Sequence record: MN871449.1
Direction: 5' to 3' (one strand)
Length of the DNA: 64,000 bases
Below are positions 19,064 through 28,441 of this stretch, in pieces. The first letter of the stretch is position 1. Each line of letters starts with the position of its first letter. Both the position numbers and the translations under genes were made by a program. The notes beneath the pieces are model-generated. The model was given only the letters and a program-made list of their open reading frames with translations, was not told the origin of the DNA and ran no database searches.

Positions 19064-19091
19064 CCTCTAGAGACGTTTCCGTCTCTAGAGG
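19064..19091. terminator. 12-bp hairpin after the transglycosylase gene
   Basis: CCTCTAGAGACG-TTTC-CGTCTCTAGAGG; poor U-tract. Confidence 0.5.
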
Positions 19092-19119
19092 TTCTATAAT
19101 CGTTAAGAGGGTTTTTTTG

Positions 19120-19461
19120 ATGAAATTGCCTATGAGTATAATTAAAACTACACCTTGTGTTAAATTTTATCGCAATGAAAAAAGAATCATCGCTACCTTT
19201 TCCCGGGCGGTTCGTAGAAGTTGTCGAATACCTGACGTCAAGGTAGAAATTGGAACCCTGGAAAATAAAGAAATGTTTCGATTCCGGTTTCTTCCTTTAG
19301 AGAGTAACGTGGGAAGACGCGTCCGTGCCAACGAGACATCATGGCCTGTTAAATACGTTTTTGATAAGGAATGGATTCCATTGGAAGGCGGAAGTCGGAT
19401 CGTTGTCACGTTGGCGCCGGATGGATGGTGGTACGGAAATTACACCGACAGGATCGAATAA
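19120..19461 (+). CDS. Hypothetical protein (about 113 aa)
   Basis: GAGGG RBS; abuts the next gene. Confidence 0.65.
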   Translation: MKLPMSIIKTTPCVKFYRNEKRIIATFSRAVRRSCRIPDVKVEIGTLENKEMFRFRFLPLESNVGRRVRANETSWPVKYVFDKEWIPLEGGSRIVVTLAPDGWWYGNYTDRIE

Positions 19462-19462
19462 G

Positions 19463-19981
19463 ATGACGACAAGTGAATACCTGCATTTGTTGAGGAAAGT
19501 CTACAAGGAGTTCTTTCTGACTAACAACCTAAATCTCGGTCAACATTGTTGGGACTGGGGGATAGTGCGGGCGAAAGAAATCGGTTTTGTTCCAGGCGAT
19601 GATTTTGATATCTGGTTATACGGTTCAGCGGATCAAGGCCCTGGCGAAGTCTATTCAGGGTGTTGCTTAGCCATCAGTGATTTAGGTAAAGAACTGTGTA
19701 CCGATCACCCGGAAGAATTTTTATTTTATTACCAAGAGATTTCTTACGACGACAATACGCCGACTGATTTTTGTTTTGGTCATTCGTTATTGAAAGTAGG
19801 GGATTATTATTACGATCTTTTATACCCTGATGGGTTATTAGATTATCGGGATCATTTCCTTTGGCAAGAAGACGAGGAGAATCGGTTTTACCTTCTCAGT
19901 CCTTCGGAAGCCCCAGAACAAATCGGTTACCAACCAGAAGCTTTCAAACTTTTTAAAGGATTACTCAGTGATTACATTTGA
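19463..19981 (+). CDS. Transglutaminase/papain-like Cys-His-Asp protein, paralog of 54306
   Basis: SGCCLAI...GHSLLKVGDYYYDLLYPDG. Start placed at ATG 19463, one base after the previous stop (track start 19325 overlaps the upstream gene). Confidence 0.55.
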   Translation: MTTSEYLHLLRKVYKEFFLTNNLNLGQHCWDWGIVRAKEIGFVPGDDFDIWLYGSADQGPGEVYSGCCLAISDLGKELCTDHPEEFLFYYQEISYDDNTPTDFCFGHSLLKVGDYYYDLLYPDGLLDYRDHFLWQEDEENRFYLLSPSEAPEQIGYQPEAFKLFKGLLSDYI

Positions 19982-20420
19982 ACTAACAGGCTGCGCCGGT
20001 CTACAAGAGCGCCGTGAAGACGGGATGGTTGCGACTATCCATCACGGAAACCTGCTCTTGGCAAAGGACGGTAAACTGATCGCGGAACTCTCGGCAGAGA
20101 ATTACCGGGAAGTCAAAGGTCAAGTCACTAAAATGGAGATCTACAAGCTCTACAGTGATCTTCAAAATAAAGTGATGTGCCGCACCTACCGTATTGTTTC
20201 TCGCCACCCTGTCGCGTATGATGACAGAAAATTCGAGTATGAATATCGTTGGCTGGAAGACAAGAAAGAAGACGTGGGCTACCTTACACTCGAGTTCAAT
20301 ACGGGAACGGTCGCAGAAGGACTGCGTAAAAAGCGGATTACTTCGCCCACTAACCGTGACGACCTGAACGATAAGATTCTTCGTTTGGTGTTAGAGAACG
20401 CGTTAATCGCTGGTCAATAA
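19968..20420 (+). CDS. Hypothetical protein (150 aa)
   Basis: GTG start overlapping the upstream stop; no motif recognised. Confidence 0.7.
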   Translation: MITFELTGCAGLQERREDGMVATIHHGNLLLAKDGKLIAELSAENYREVKGQVTKMEIYKLYSDLQNKVMCRTYRIVSRHPVAYDDRKFEYEYRWLEDKKEDVGYLTLEFNTGTVAEGLRKKRITSPTNRDDLNDKILRLVLENALIAGQ

Positions 20421-20454
20421 CCGTACCGCCACGCCAGTAAATAAGGAGCGAGTA

Positions 20455-21009
20455 ATGTACTATAATTTTGATCTGGGCAAAATTAGAGCGAAGAGTTACG
20501 TGACACAAGGGAACGTCATCCATGAATTACGACACTACGGCTCGTTAGTGACGTCGTTTAAAACGAAAGAGGCGAAAACTGATATTCAGAACATCGTCAA
20601 AGAACACTACAGTACGCTGGTACTTAAATACGCGCTGAAAGAACCGAACAAACGATTCCCAGTTACCCAGTTGGGGGTTGACATAGCAGACCTCTATCTT
20701 TCCATGACCGGTGACGACATCAATCGTCTCGCGTCAGAAGGAGGGTATTGCCTTAACGTTCGCGGGTTCACCGAGCAGTGGGACATTCTCACCGAGAAAC
20801 ATCCGTTACCGTTAAGAGCGATCAACGCAGGGTTACGGTTAGAGCTTGGTAAAGTTTTTCTCTACGCAACGTTCGAAAGTCAGTTCGGACAGATCAGGCT
20901 GAAGGAACAACTCCCGCCTGGATTAGATATCCAACTGAAGGCTGCGGTGCTCGCTAAATACATTAAAGAGTTGAATTCTTTCCAACGTCTTTTGGCCGGG
21001 TTTTCATAA
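20455..21009 (+). CDS. Hypothetical protein (184 aa)
   Basis: AAGGAG RBS. Confidence 0.75.
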   Translation: MYYNFDLGKIRAKSYVTQGNVIHELRHYGSLVTSFKTKEAKTDIQNIVKEHYSTLVLKYALKEPNKRFPVTQLGVDIADLYLSMTGDDINRLASEGGYCLNVRGFTEQWDILTEKHPLPLRAINAGLRLELGKVFLYATFESQFGQIRLKEQLPPGLDIQLKAAVLAKYIKELNSFQRLLAGFS

Positions 21010-21045
21010 TTTATTCCTCTTGCTATTTATAGTGCATCTGTCACG

Positions 21046-21075
21046 AAAGAAGGTGTTTTCACACCTTCTTTTTTT
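21046..21075 (+). terminator. Intrinsic terminator
   Basis: AAAGAAGGTGT-TTTC-ACACCTTCTTT plus T-tract. Confidence 0.75.
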
Positions 21076-21182
21076 ATTTTTTCTGTTTCTTTTTTGGCCT
21101 TCGGACGTTACTTATGCAAGGTAGGCGAAATGACCAGTGGTTCCCTACCGTCCAAATTAACTACAGAATAACGAGCTTCTTC

Positions 21183-21800
21183 ATGGGTAATAAAAAGAGT
21201 AACGAAAATGAAGTAGCCATTTTCTTTAAGGTCGATGAGGCGAGTTTCCGAAGACTAAAAGAAAGTACAGGCGACTATTACCAAATAACGCAATCAGAAA
21301 CGAATGCGTTAACAACAAACAATACCCGCATTACCGTTCGGGTTAGACGAACTGAAGTTTTCTCCGAAAGCAAAGACGTTGCTGGTCAAGTGGTTTATGA
21401 AGCGGCGACGAAGTATCGTTTACCTTACGATGCTAAAACTCAGACATCTCGGTGCATTGAACTTGAAAAGGTCATTACACCAGAAGAGTATGAAATGGCA
21501 TTACCGTTCGGCGAACGTCTTTACCAAAAAAGACGCTCACTGATTGATCTGGGTAACGGGATAATTGGGGAACTGGACTGGTACTTCGATAAAGAAGAGA
21601 ATGACTTTGGCCGCTATTGTAAACTCGACATCAATACACCACCAGAGGGATTCACTACCGGACAGATTACGGCGCTGTTGAAAAAACTCCCTGATCTCGG
21701 GATTGTCATTTCTGAACTGATCAACCCGCCATGGATCGCCAGTCCGCGAATCAAAGATCGCATTAGCGAATTAATGGAAAAACGTTGGAATTTACTCTAA
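21183..21800 (+). CDS. CYTH-like (triphosphate tunnel metalloenzyme) protein
   Basis: N-terminal ExE (ENE), TVRVR, YEAATK, IELEKVI, YQKRR and GELDWY appear in the order expected for CYTH strands; start placed at ATG 21183. Confidence 0.5.
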   Translation: MGNKKSNENEVAIFFKVDEASFRRLKESTGDYYQITQSETNALTTNNTRITVRVRRTEVFSESKDVAGQVVYEAATKYRLPYDAKTQTSRCIELEKVITPEEYEMALPFGERLYQKRRSLIDLGNGIIGELDWYFDKEENDFGRYCKLDINTPPEGFTTGQITALLKKLPDLGIVISELINPPWIASPRIKDRISELMEKRWNLL

Positions 21801-21830
21801 TAAATACACACTGGCCACGGGAGGCGTTGA

Positions 21831-22292
21831 ATGAGTACTACAGTTCGTTTTACCGATGGCCATCTTCTTGATCTCACTTTAATGAACGACACGGATTGTC
21901 TTTTAACCCTTTCGCTTTCCTCGAAGACAATTCGACATAGCGTGGTAGTTGCCATTGACGGAACACTCGTTGTTTACCGTATTCTCAGGAAGAGTAAAGA
22001 AGCTGGTCCGATTAGAAGCCTGTTAAATCAGGTAGAAGAGAACCTTTCTTCGCATTATCATTTCGAGATGAAAGGGTTAGTCTGGGGGCAGCCTGCAATC
22101 ACCCGGATCAAAGGGCGATGGTGGTGGCTCTTAAACGAAATCCCAATCATTGATGAGTTGGGTAACTTATCTGCTTTATTCCAGGAAATTTTAGACAAGT
22201 ATAACATTGTTGTTACCGATAAGACGCAGTTGCTCCAATATTTTAATAGCGTTAGAAATACGGCTGTGTTTAAAAGATTAGAAACAAACTGA
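21831..22292 (+). CDS. Hypothetical protein (153 aa)
   Basis: GGAGG RBS. Confidence 0.75.
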   Translation: MSTTVRFTDGHLLDLTLMNDTDCLLTLSLSSKTIRHSVVVAIDGTLVVYRILRKSKEAGPIRSLLNQVEENLSSHYHFEMKGLVWGQPAITRIKGRWWWLLNEIPIIDELGNLSALFQEILDKYNIVVTDKTQLLQYFNSVRNTAVFKRLETN

Positions 22293-22312
22293 GTTTATAC
22301 CTGGGGGTAGGA

Positions 22313-23134
22313 ATGGAGACGGTAGTTGAAAATGCAGTGGGCTTGTCTACATCAGAGAAATCGAAGGGTACTGTCAGTATACATCCGCTTCCTAAAAAGA
22401 GTGACATCGGTATTGGGACGATTCTCGTCACGATGACGTTCCCTACCGGTGGTCACACGGTTTGGGCGATATCGTTTACCGGCGTCCCTGAAACCGAGAC
22501 ACCTTCGCTATCGTTACTAGAAGTTTCTTTGTTGCTGTCGGATGTCGATGCGATACCGGACGACGCGGTAGTCGCTGCAGTGTTCCAGATAAAGGAACTT
22601 AACGAAGGCTCACCGTTCCCTTACGTCAATGGTGGAGTGTACGCCAGGCCCACCTTTGACGCTGACGGTATTTTAGATTTCTACGAACTGATGGCGAAGA
22701 ACAATGAAGATTATTTCATCTTTTGGAATATCGAAGAAGGTTTTGAAATAAAGGACAGCAAGACCAGCAAAACTTTGTTGGTCTATCAATACGCTGACCA
22801 GAATAACCCGCACTTCATTGGTAAAGATGCGCTCTTACTCATCGAAGAGAGAACCAACGCCAGAATCCTGTTCTCTGTCTTTCAGGGAGAAACGTGGCAG
22901 GAATCAGAATGGAACTACGTTATCGGTTCCATGCTTGCGATGTGCTACGGGACGGTCGAAGGTTATACGTTTGCCAGCGGAAAAACCGAGATTGAAGAAA
23001 CCGTTTACAGCGATCGATTAATGGGCGCAGTGAACGAGGTCAACTTTTACCGCCTTGCTATCTCCGATAAAGAAAACGAAGGGGTCACTGCGATTGATCT
23101 CGACGCTAGTTGCGTCGTATTACGACTACACTAA
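22313..23134 (+). CDS. Hypothetical acidic protein (273 aa), possible paralog of 14698
   Basis: Long ORF; motif similarity as noted for 14698. Confidence 0.75.
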   Translation: METVVENAVGLSTSEKSKGTVSIHPLPKKSDIGIGTILVTMTFPTGGHTVWAISFTGVPETETPSLSLLEVSLLLSDVDAIPDDAVVAAVFQIKELNEGSPFPYVNGGVYARPTFDADGILDFYELMAKNNEDYFIFWNIEEGFEIKDSKTSKTLLVYQYADQNNPHFIGKDALLLIEERTNARILFSVFQGETWQESEWNYVIGSMLAMCYGTVEGYTFASGKTEIEETVYSDRLMGAVNEVNFYRLAISDKENEGVTAIDLDASCVVLRLH

Positions 23135-23141
23135 ACATAGA

Positions 23142-23166
23142 GGTAGGAGGGTTTACCCCTCCTACC
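23142..23166. terminator. Hairpin between convergent genes
   Basis: GGTAGGAGGG-TTTAC-CCCTCCTACC. Confidence 0.6.
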
Positions 23167-23168
23167 CG

Positions 23169-23999
23169 TTATGCGCCACCGCCAATCAAATTACGGAGAT
23201 ACCACGAGTTACGTGTATCATCGTTACTGAACTGAACCATCTGCCATTCGTTCTCGTAATACTCAGAATACTGTTCAGCAGCATCAGAGTAGCTGTCCAC
23301 GACATTTTGGATCTCTCCCAGCTCGGTACCACCTGAAAGATACCCGCCGTTCAACTTAACTTTTAACGTGTTGTAGATGTACGCTTTACAAGCCAGTTGA
23401 CAGAGTTTGGAGAACTGTGGAACTGCACGGGGACCGATAGAATTCATCTCGGAATCGTGGCTCACTAAACAAACCAATGAACCTTGTGTAATCGAGCCGA
23501 TATAGTCGTTAATCGTTACCGTGTTTTCACCGATCAATCTTACTGCCGCGGTACCGGTAGCATCGGAGTTCGCGGAGGATTGTAGGATTCGACTGGCCTG
23601 TGCCATTAACGGTGAGTTACCACACGTGTTGCTCGAGTAGTTATTGGCCATGTAGCCACCAACTTGACCGATCGCCCCGGTGTAGTAGTAATAGTTAAAG
23701 TAAGTGGGGAGCACGATAGAACGTCCGCCGGTTAATGACTTAGGGATTCTTACCGTGTTGCGGTAAAGACCGCTGGTATCGTAAGTTACTTCTGCGTTTG
23801 CCAGCGGAATGTTCATTTCCAGCGCACCCAGTAAATTACAATCGGGTCTGACTTTCGCGTCGATCACTTTGTTACGAATTTCCCAATCCAATGAACCGGG
23901 TCGTTTTCTTTCCAACCCGACGTCACCTAAAAAGGCAACTTCGAGTACCTCTTTAGGAATGATAAAACGAATATCAGAAATCACTTTCTGTAACACCAT
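23169..23999 (-). CDS. Probable conserved virion protein (276 aa), divergent from phuZ
   Basis: Late-strand gene at a position where chimalliviruses usually carry a structural gene; GGAGG RBS. Function inferred from synteny only. Confidence 0.5.
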   Translation of the reverse strand: MVLQKVISDIRFIIPKEVLEVAFLGDVGLERKRPGSLDWEIRNKVIDAKVRPDCNLLGALEMNIPLANAEVTYDTSGLYRNTVRIPKSLTGGRSIVLPTYFNYYYYTGAIGQVGGYMANNYSSNTCGNSPLMAQASRILQSSANSDATGTAAVRLIGENTVTINDYIGSITQGSLVCLVSHDSEMNSIGPRAVPQFSKLCQLACKAYIYNTLKVKLNGGYLSGGTELGEIQNVVDSYSDAAEQYSEYYENEWQMVQFSNDDTRNSWYLRNLIGGGA

Positions 24000-24085
24000 C
24001 TTTGAGATCCTCCATCGATTATTTTACGTCTTGTTATAAAGTACTATGATACGACTTTTGGTCCAACATAAGGAGCGACCGTATT

Positions 24086-25054
24086 ATGTCATCGAATAAC
24101 ACAGTAACTATTTACGGCGCAGGTGGTGCGGGTATCGACATCCTCACTAAACTCATGCGCACCGATCTTTCTGAACTTGCTAACGTCAAAGAAGCGTATG
24201 TTGACGGTAGTCGTTCCAACGTTTCCGAGCGGTCTGTTCAAGACCCTGACAAATGGTATTTCCTCGAGGGCGTAGACGGCGCAGGGAAAATCCGTAAAAC
24301 CAACTACGACGTCACGAACCGAAGCATCAGCGACATTCTCTTTAAGTTGAAGCCGTCCGATCTCAACATTCTGATCTTCTCCGCCTCCGGCGGCAGCGGT
24401 TCGGTCATTGGTCCGAAACTGATCGAAGCGCTTTATGCGCAGAATAAAGCGGTGCTGGTCTTTTTAGTCGGTTCGACAGAATCGGGTAATACCACCGAAA
24501 ACACCATGAAGACTATTTCGTCGCTGCGTAACATTGCGATCAAGAACAATCAGTTCTGTAACGTCTGTTACGAGAGCAATGAGAACAACCTGCGCAACGC
24601 CGAAGTCGATGCGATCATGATCGCTACCATCCGCGCCGTTCTGGATCTTTATTCCGGGAAACATCATGGACTGGATTCTGCGGACGTACTGACCTGGGCG
24701 AAACCCGTTCTTGGTGCAGGCGTAAGCCCGGAGCTCGGTCTCCTTGACGTCTTCCAGGACCGTGATGATGCAGTGAGCGTTAACGCACCTATTTCAGTTG
24801 CGGAACTCTACGGCGACAACAAGCCGGTAGCCGGTACTATCCCAGCGGACTATAACACGTTCGGTACCCGTAAACGTACAGGGGAAGATTCGCTTTATTT
24901 TGTCATTCATACAGATGGACTGAATGAGATCTTAATGGAACTTCGCCAAACGTTTGACGACTACGAACAACGTCGCGCTGCACGCGATAAGAAGTCCAAG
25001 GCTGCGCAGAACTTTATCCGTGGCGATGTTCAGGGCGACGGGATGGAACTCTAG
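24086..25054 (+). CDS. phuZ: Phage tubulin PhuZ
   Basis: YGAGGAG (G1 loop), SASGGSGSVIGP (tubulin signature loop), GLDSADV (T7 loop) and a C-terminal DGMEL tail like other PhuZ proteins. Confidence 0.92.
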   Translation: MSSNNTVTIYGAGGAGIDILTKLMRTDLSELANVKEAYVDGSRSNVSERSVQDPDKWYFLEGVDGAGKIRKTNYDVTNRSISDILFKLKPSDLNILIFSASGGSGSVIGPKLIEALYAQNKAVLVFLVGSTESGNTTENTMKTISSLRNIAIKNNQFCNVCYESNENNLRNAEVDAIMIATIRAVLDLYSGKHHGLDSADVLTWAKPVLGAGVSPELGLLDVFQDRDDAVSVNAPISVAELYGDNKPVAGTIPADYNTFGTRKRTGEDSLYFVIHTDGLNEILMELRQTFDDYEQRRAARDKKSKAAQNFIRGDVQGDGMEL

Positions 25055-25102
25055 TCGTTAGTATGTAGGACTTTTATCTGCTTCAATCATTTAAGATCAT
25101 CA

Positions 25103-25134
25103 ACGGAGCGGGGTTTTCCCGCTCCGTCTTTTTT
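25103..25134 (+). terminator. Terminator after phuZ
   Basis: ACGGAGCGGG-GTTTT-CCCGCTCCGT then CTTTTTT. Confidence 0.8.
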
Positions 25135-25164
25135 ATTTTGTTTTGTTGGAAAAGAAATAGGACA

Positions 25165-25181
25165 TATATTACCCTATTGAA
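25165..25181 (+). promoter_or_regulatory. Phage early promoter motif driving the small-gene array
   Basis: TATATTAC-CC-TATTGAA. Confidence 0.7.
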
Positions 25182-25258
25182 CATAGTTGTAATCGCTTTG
25201 TACGGGTTTATCAATTTATTTGATAGATAGTACTACTGACAGTAAAAAGAGGCTTAGA

Positions 25259-25669
25259 ATGACTTACAGGAAGTCTGGTGACGTCATGATTGTTAAAGGC
25301 GAGATCCCAAAGATCTTTTACTGGATTAATTCACCTTATCACGGTATTTTCACCGTGAAAGAAATTTTCTACGCGACCTGGATGACGTGGTTTCATTTCC
25401 GGGAAAGAAAGCATTGGGCGCAAGGGATCTATTTGTTAACCGATAAGGTAGAACCCAGCAAAATGCTACCGGGTAGAGATAAACGTGATTTTAACGCAAT
25501 GATCGAAGCGATCTTCAATCGAGTTAATGAAAAAGAAAAGGAACTCACTACGCTCTTTCAATTGGAGGGTGTCCCGCGTCATTATCGTGTCCTCGACTTT
25601 TCTTTCCAACACAATCATTTTGAAATTACACTGGGAACTGAAGACCATGTTGATTGTCATCGATATTAA
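25259..25669 (+). CDS. Array member 1 (hypothetical, about 136 aa)
   Basis: ATG 25259 with GAGG; C-terminal strand-turn-strand RVLDFSFQHNHFEITL. Confidence 0.7.
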   Translation: MTYRKSGDVMIVKGEIPKIFYWINSPYHGIFTVKEIFYATWMTWFHFRERKHWAQGIYLLTDKVEPSKMLPGRDKRDFNAMIEAIFNRVNEKEKELTTLFQLEGVPRHYRVLDFSFQHNHFEITLGTEDHVDCHRY

Positions 25670-26051
25670 GCATTTTCTCGATATGACACCGACAATGGAT
25701 CGGTTCTATCGGTTAAGGATTTTAGCCCACTGGTTAGACCGGACGTATAACACGATTCCGCCTGAGTATTTAATTATTGATAATGACCATTGGGAGACAG
25801 AGAAGATATGGCAAGTAGCCAGGGTATTGGAAAAAGAGTACGGTGGCGTACCATTGAAACTTCCGGTTAATCTGCTTCATATCGAATCGCTCGATATACA
25901 ACGGAACGCATTAATGGTTTGGGTAGATGATGAAGAGTTTCGTCAGAGGAATCCTGATTTATGGCAGTGCAAAAATATCTCTTCGAAATCCCCCCGGCGC
26001 TTAAGGTCTTCACCGACGGCTATAAGGGTCTCTGGCGGGATCAGATTATAG
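25647..26051 (+). CDS. Array member 2 (hypothetical, 134 aa)
   Basis: Starts MLIVIDI; contains IESLDIQRNALMVWV. Confidence 0.7.
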   Translation: MLIVIDIKHFLDMTPTMDRFYRLRILAHWLDRTYNTIPPEYLIIDNDHWETEKIWQVARVLEKEYGGVPLKLPVNLLHIESLDIQRNALMVWVDDEEFRQRNPDLWQCKNISSKSPRRLRSSPTAIRVSGGIRL

Positions 26052-26365
26052 ACGCTTTCCTTTCTACCGCGTACCACTGGGAAAAAGGAAAAGCTAAAGA
26101 TTATAACAAACTGTTCATTGAGATTTATTACTCGAACAACATTGACCCGCTGGAAAGCGATTTTGAAACGATTCCCGATGATCCTTATTATCGGGACCAG
26201 TTATCGTTTTACATGTCTCTTCAGGAAGAAATTGAAAAAATGAAAAATACAGGCGTATTAGAAAAAATCCTTAGCGATCTTCGTTCTCAATGGGATCGAT
26301 ACGGTATTTACGGTGAATGTTACACGGAACGGATGAACTCACGTACCTATCTTGTTTATCGATAA
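25961..26365 (+). CDS. Array member 3 (hypothetical, 134 aa)
   Basis: KYLFEI near the N-terminus; ends CYTERMNSRTYLVYR. Confidence 0.7.
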   Translation: MAVQKYLFEIPPALKVFTDGYKGLWRDQIIDAFLSTAYHWEKGKAKDYNKLFIEIYYSNNIDPLESDFETIPDDPYYRDQLSFYMSLQEEIEKMKNTGVLEKILSDLRSQWDRYGIYGECYTERMNSRTYLVYR

Positions 26366-26375
26366 GGTCTCTATT

Positions 26376-26879
26376 ATGCGTTATGTTATTGATATTGATT
26401 ATCTCGCCAGACGACTATCGTCCATTCTCTATTCAGTCCGTCGCCAACACAGTGTTATCGACCGGTACGCTGACAAGAACCTTCGTGTAGAAGATCTTAA
26501 GGAAACCGCCCTCCGTCTCTTTTGGAATGCCATCAATAAAGACGCTAAATATCCTTGGGAATGTTGGGACGACGATGCTGCTATTCGTGGTTGGTTTAAA
26601 GGTTACACGTTAGAGCCTATTGGTTTTAATCCGTACAACGAAGAGATCGTGGATGAGCCGTCCCAAGAACTCTACCGCGAAGTTATCGATATCTTTATCG
26701 TGTTCGCGGTAGAGTATTTTCGTGACATGGGGATACGAAAAAATAGGTTCTGGGATGAAATTGTGGTGGTCGAAGTCAGAAACAACGCATTGATTGTCGA
26801 GAACCTTGGCGATTGGCGAATTCGGGATTGGGAAAGGATACAACGAGAAAAACGTGAAGAACAAAATAGAGATTATTGA
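26376..26879 (+). CDS. Array member 4 (hypothetical, 167 aa)
   Basis: ATG 26376 with AAGGT; MRYVIDI...IVVVEVRNNALIVE. Confidence 0.7.
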   Translation: MRYVIDIDYLARRLSSILYSVRRQHSVIDRYADKNLRVEDLKETALRLFWNAINKDAKYPWECWDDDAAIRGWFKGYTLEPIGFNPYNEEIVDEPSQELYREVIDIFIVFAVEYFRDMGIRKNRFWDEIVVVEVRNNALIVENLGDWRIRDWERIQREKREEQNRDY

Positions 26880-27216
26880 CATCGCGTTATTACGACCTCG
26901 CCTCGAGAAGATCTACCGTTGCTTTTTCTCTGACACTTTAGAGCCGGTGACGTTTGGCGAGGCGTATGGTTTACTTTTGCTCTTTAGTCTGGAGAAACTG
27001 ATTTATGGTTACTCTACGATGGAACAGCGGTTACTTTCCGTTTTTTCTACGCCTGAACTAAATTTATCTGATACTGACGCACTTCTGGAATTGTCGCTAC
27101 AAGAAATCAAAACGTTTCTTGAGAAAACAAGCGAAGAACGTATCATTGACTATTATGGATGGGAGATCTCACGTGACCAACGGTCGATTAGATTATTCAC
27201 AAACCTTCATCTATGA
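26854..27216 (+). CDS. Array member 5 (hypothetical, 120 aa)
   Basis: GTG 26854; EIIDI...WEISRDQRSIRLF. Confidence 0.65.
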   Translation: MKNKIEIIDIALLRPRLEKIYRCFFSDTLEPVTFGEAYGLLLLFSLEKLIYGYSTMEQRLLSVFSTPELNLSDTDALLELSLQEIKTFLEKTSEERIIDYYGWEISRDQRSIRLFTNLHL

Positions 27217-27586
27217 CCTGCATTGGGACGCGTCAGAAATAAAGAAAATAGAAAACCTATACTCAATACACAGCCGGGAGATTATTCTCCCGGCTTTTCT
27301 ATTTTCTTTATCACGTTACCAAAGAACCTTCTTCATGCCCTTCTTTTTCAAGGCTAACGAAGAAGCGGAAAAGGTCTTAGATAACTTATTGTGCTCCGAC
27401 GGAATGGAACATCTGGACGAGAAGCTCAAAGAAGAATTCAAGCGAAATTTCTACATCGATATTCAATTATTAGGCTCGAAGATATCAAGGAAGACTTTAG
27501 CCATGAAAGATATCGTTTTGAGTCCTGATCAAATCAGAAACGTAAGATTCGTTAGAGGAGACCTCTATGTTACCGTCAGTGACTGA
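27173..27586 (+). CDS. Array member 6 (hypothetical, about 137 aa)
   Basis: In-frame GTG 27173 with GGGAG 7 nt upstream; TFIYDL...IRNVRFVRGDLYVTV. Confidence 0.65.
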   Translation: MTNGRLDYSQTFIYDLHWDASEIKKIENLYSIHSREIILPAFLFSLSRYQRTFFMPFFFKANEEAEKVLDNLLCSDGMEHLDEKLKEEFKRNFYIDIQLLGSKISRKTLAMKDIVLSPDQIRNVRFVRGDLYVTVSD

Positions 27587-27977
27587 AACTACGACACGTC
27601 TTTTTGTTTTGCCTTATCGAAGAGAGACCGCTGCCATACTGCACGAACTGATGTATTGCGATTTACTCTATCGCCGACTTGTTCTGCAAATGATATTCGA
27701 CTTCATTATCGGCACCGACGAAGAAAATCTATCGTTATCGGGTACGCGGCGTATCAGAGTTGAAATCGAGAATTTCTTACGTTCGTATCCGCACGCTAAG
27801 ATGCCGGATGTTACGACGCAAGAGTTGATAGAGACAGCAGAAGAACTCTTCGTCTCGTTTTATCGTGATTATCGACGGGAGATACGAAGTAACTTTTCAC
27901 GTTCCCCCCGTATTGATTTTGTAGAATTACGCCACCACGGCATCGCCTTCCAACTGACTGTTCGCAGAGGATCTTAA
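27567..27977 (+). CDS. Array member 7 (hypothetical, 136 aa)
   Basis: GAGGAG RBS; RLFVLP...IDFVELRHHGIAFQL. Confidence 0.7.
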   Translation: MLPSVTETTTRLFVLPYRRETAAILHELMYCDLLYRRLVLQMIFDFIIGTDEENLSLSGTRRIRVEIENFLRSYPHAKMPDVTTQELIETAEELFVSFYRDYRREIRSNFSRSPRIDFVELRHHGIAFQLTVRRGS

Positions 27978-28441
27978 TGTCCCGTTTCTTTCGTACTATC
28001 TTAATCTTTACGGTGAAGGATTGGCCAACGTCAAACTTTCACCTTTTCTTCAGTCGATATATCGATGGGTTTAATCGTTATATCCCCCGAAACAAAATTC
28101 GTTTTGAAGTGACTGACTTTATCGGCTGTACCATCGCTTATGTATTGGACGTTAAGCACTTCGGTCAGCAGGAGGCATCGGAAAGACTCGATGACACGAT
28201 TGATCTTTTCTTTGTCCCTGATGCAGATGATCCCAGCGATCAGTTACGGTTAGATAGGGGTACTCGACACCGGTTGCTTTGTTACATTGAAGATATGGCT
28301 GAAGTGATTGCGACCGATTTACTGTTGTCCTTCGAGAGGAGTCAACTCCGATATCACGAAGATATCGATATCGGCGACGTACTCTTACGAAACAACGCAA
28401 TCTCATTTGTAGTGGAGGACCTTAGCCGGGAGGTATGGTGA
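27977..28441 (+). CDS. Array member 8 (hypothetical, 154 aa)
   Basis: TAATG overlap; TILIFTV...IGDVLLRNNAISFVVE. Confidence 0.7.
   Translation: MSRFFRTILIFTVKDWPTSNFHLFFSRYIDGFNRYIPRNKIRFEVTDFIGCTIAYVLDVKHFGQQEASERLDDTIDLFFVPDADDPSDQLRLDRGTRHRLLCYIEDMAEVIATDLLLSFERSQLRYHEDIDIGDVLLRNNAISFVVEDLSREVW

Noticed and set aside
19095-19100. TATAAT, a possible host sigma-70 -10 box
   Set aside because: No plausible -35 box 16-18 bp upstream (GACGTT, inside a hairpin), and phiKZ-like phages generally do not rely on host RNAP.
25961-27216. Programmed frameshifting linking array members that overlap by 25-90 nt
   Set aside because: Each member has a plausible start and its own N- and C-terminal pattern; I saw no clear slippery heptamer with a downstream structure at the overlaps.
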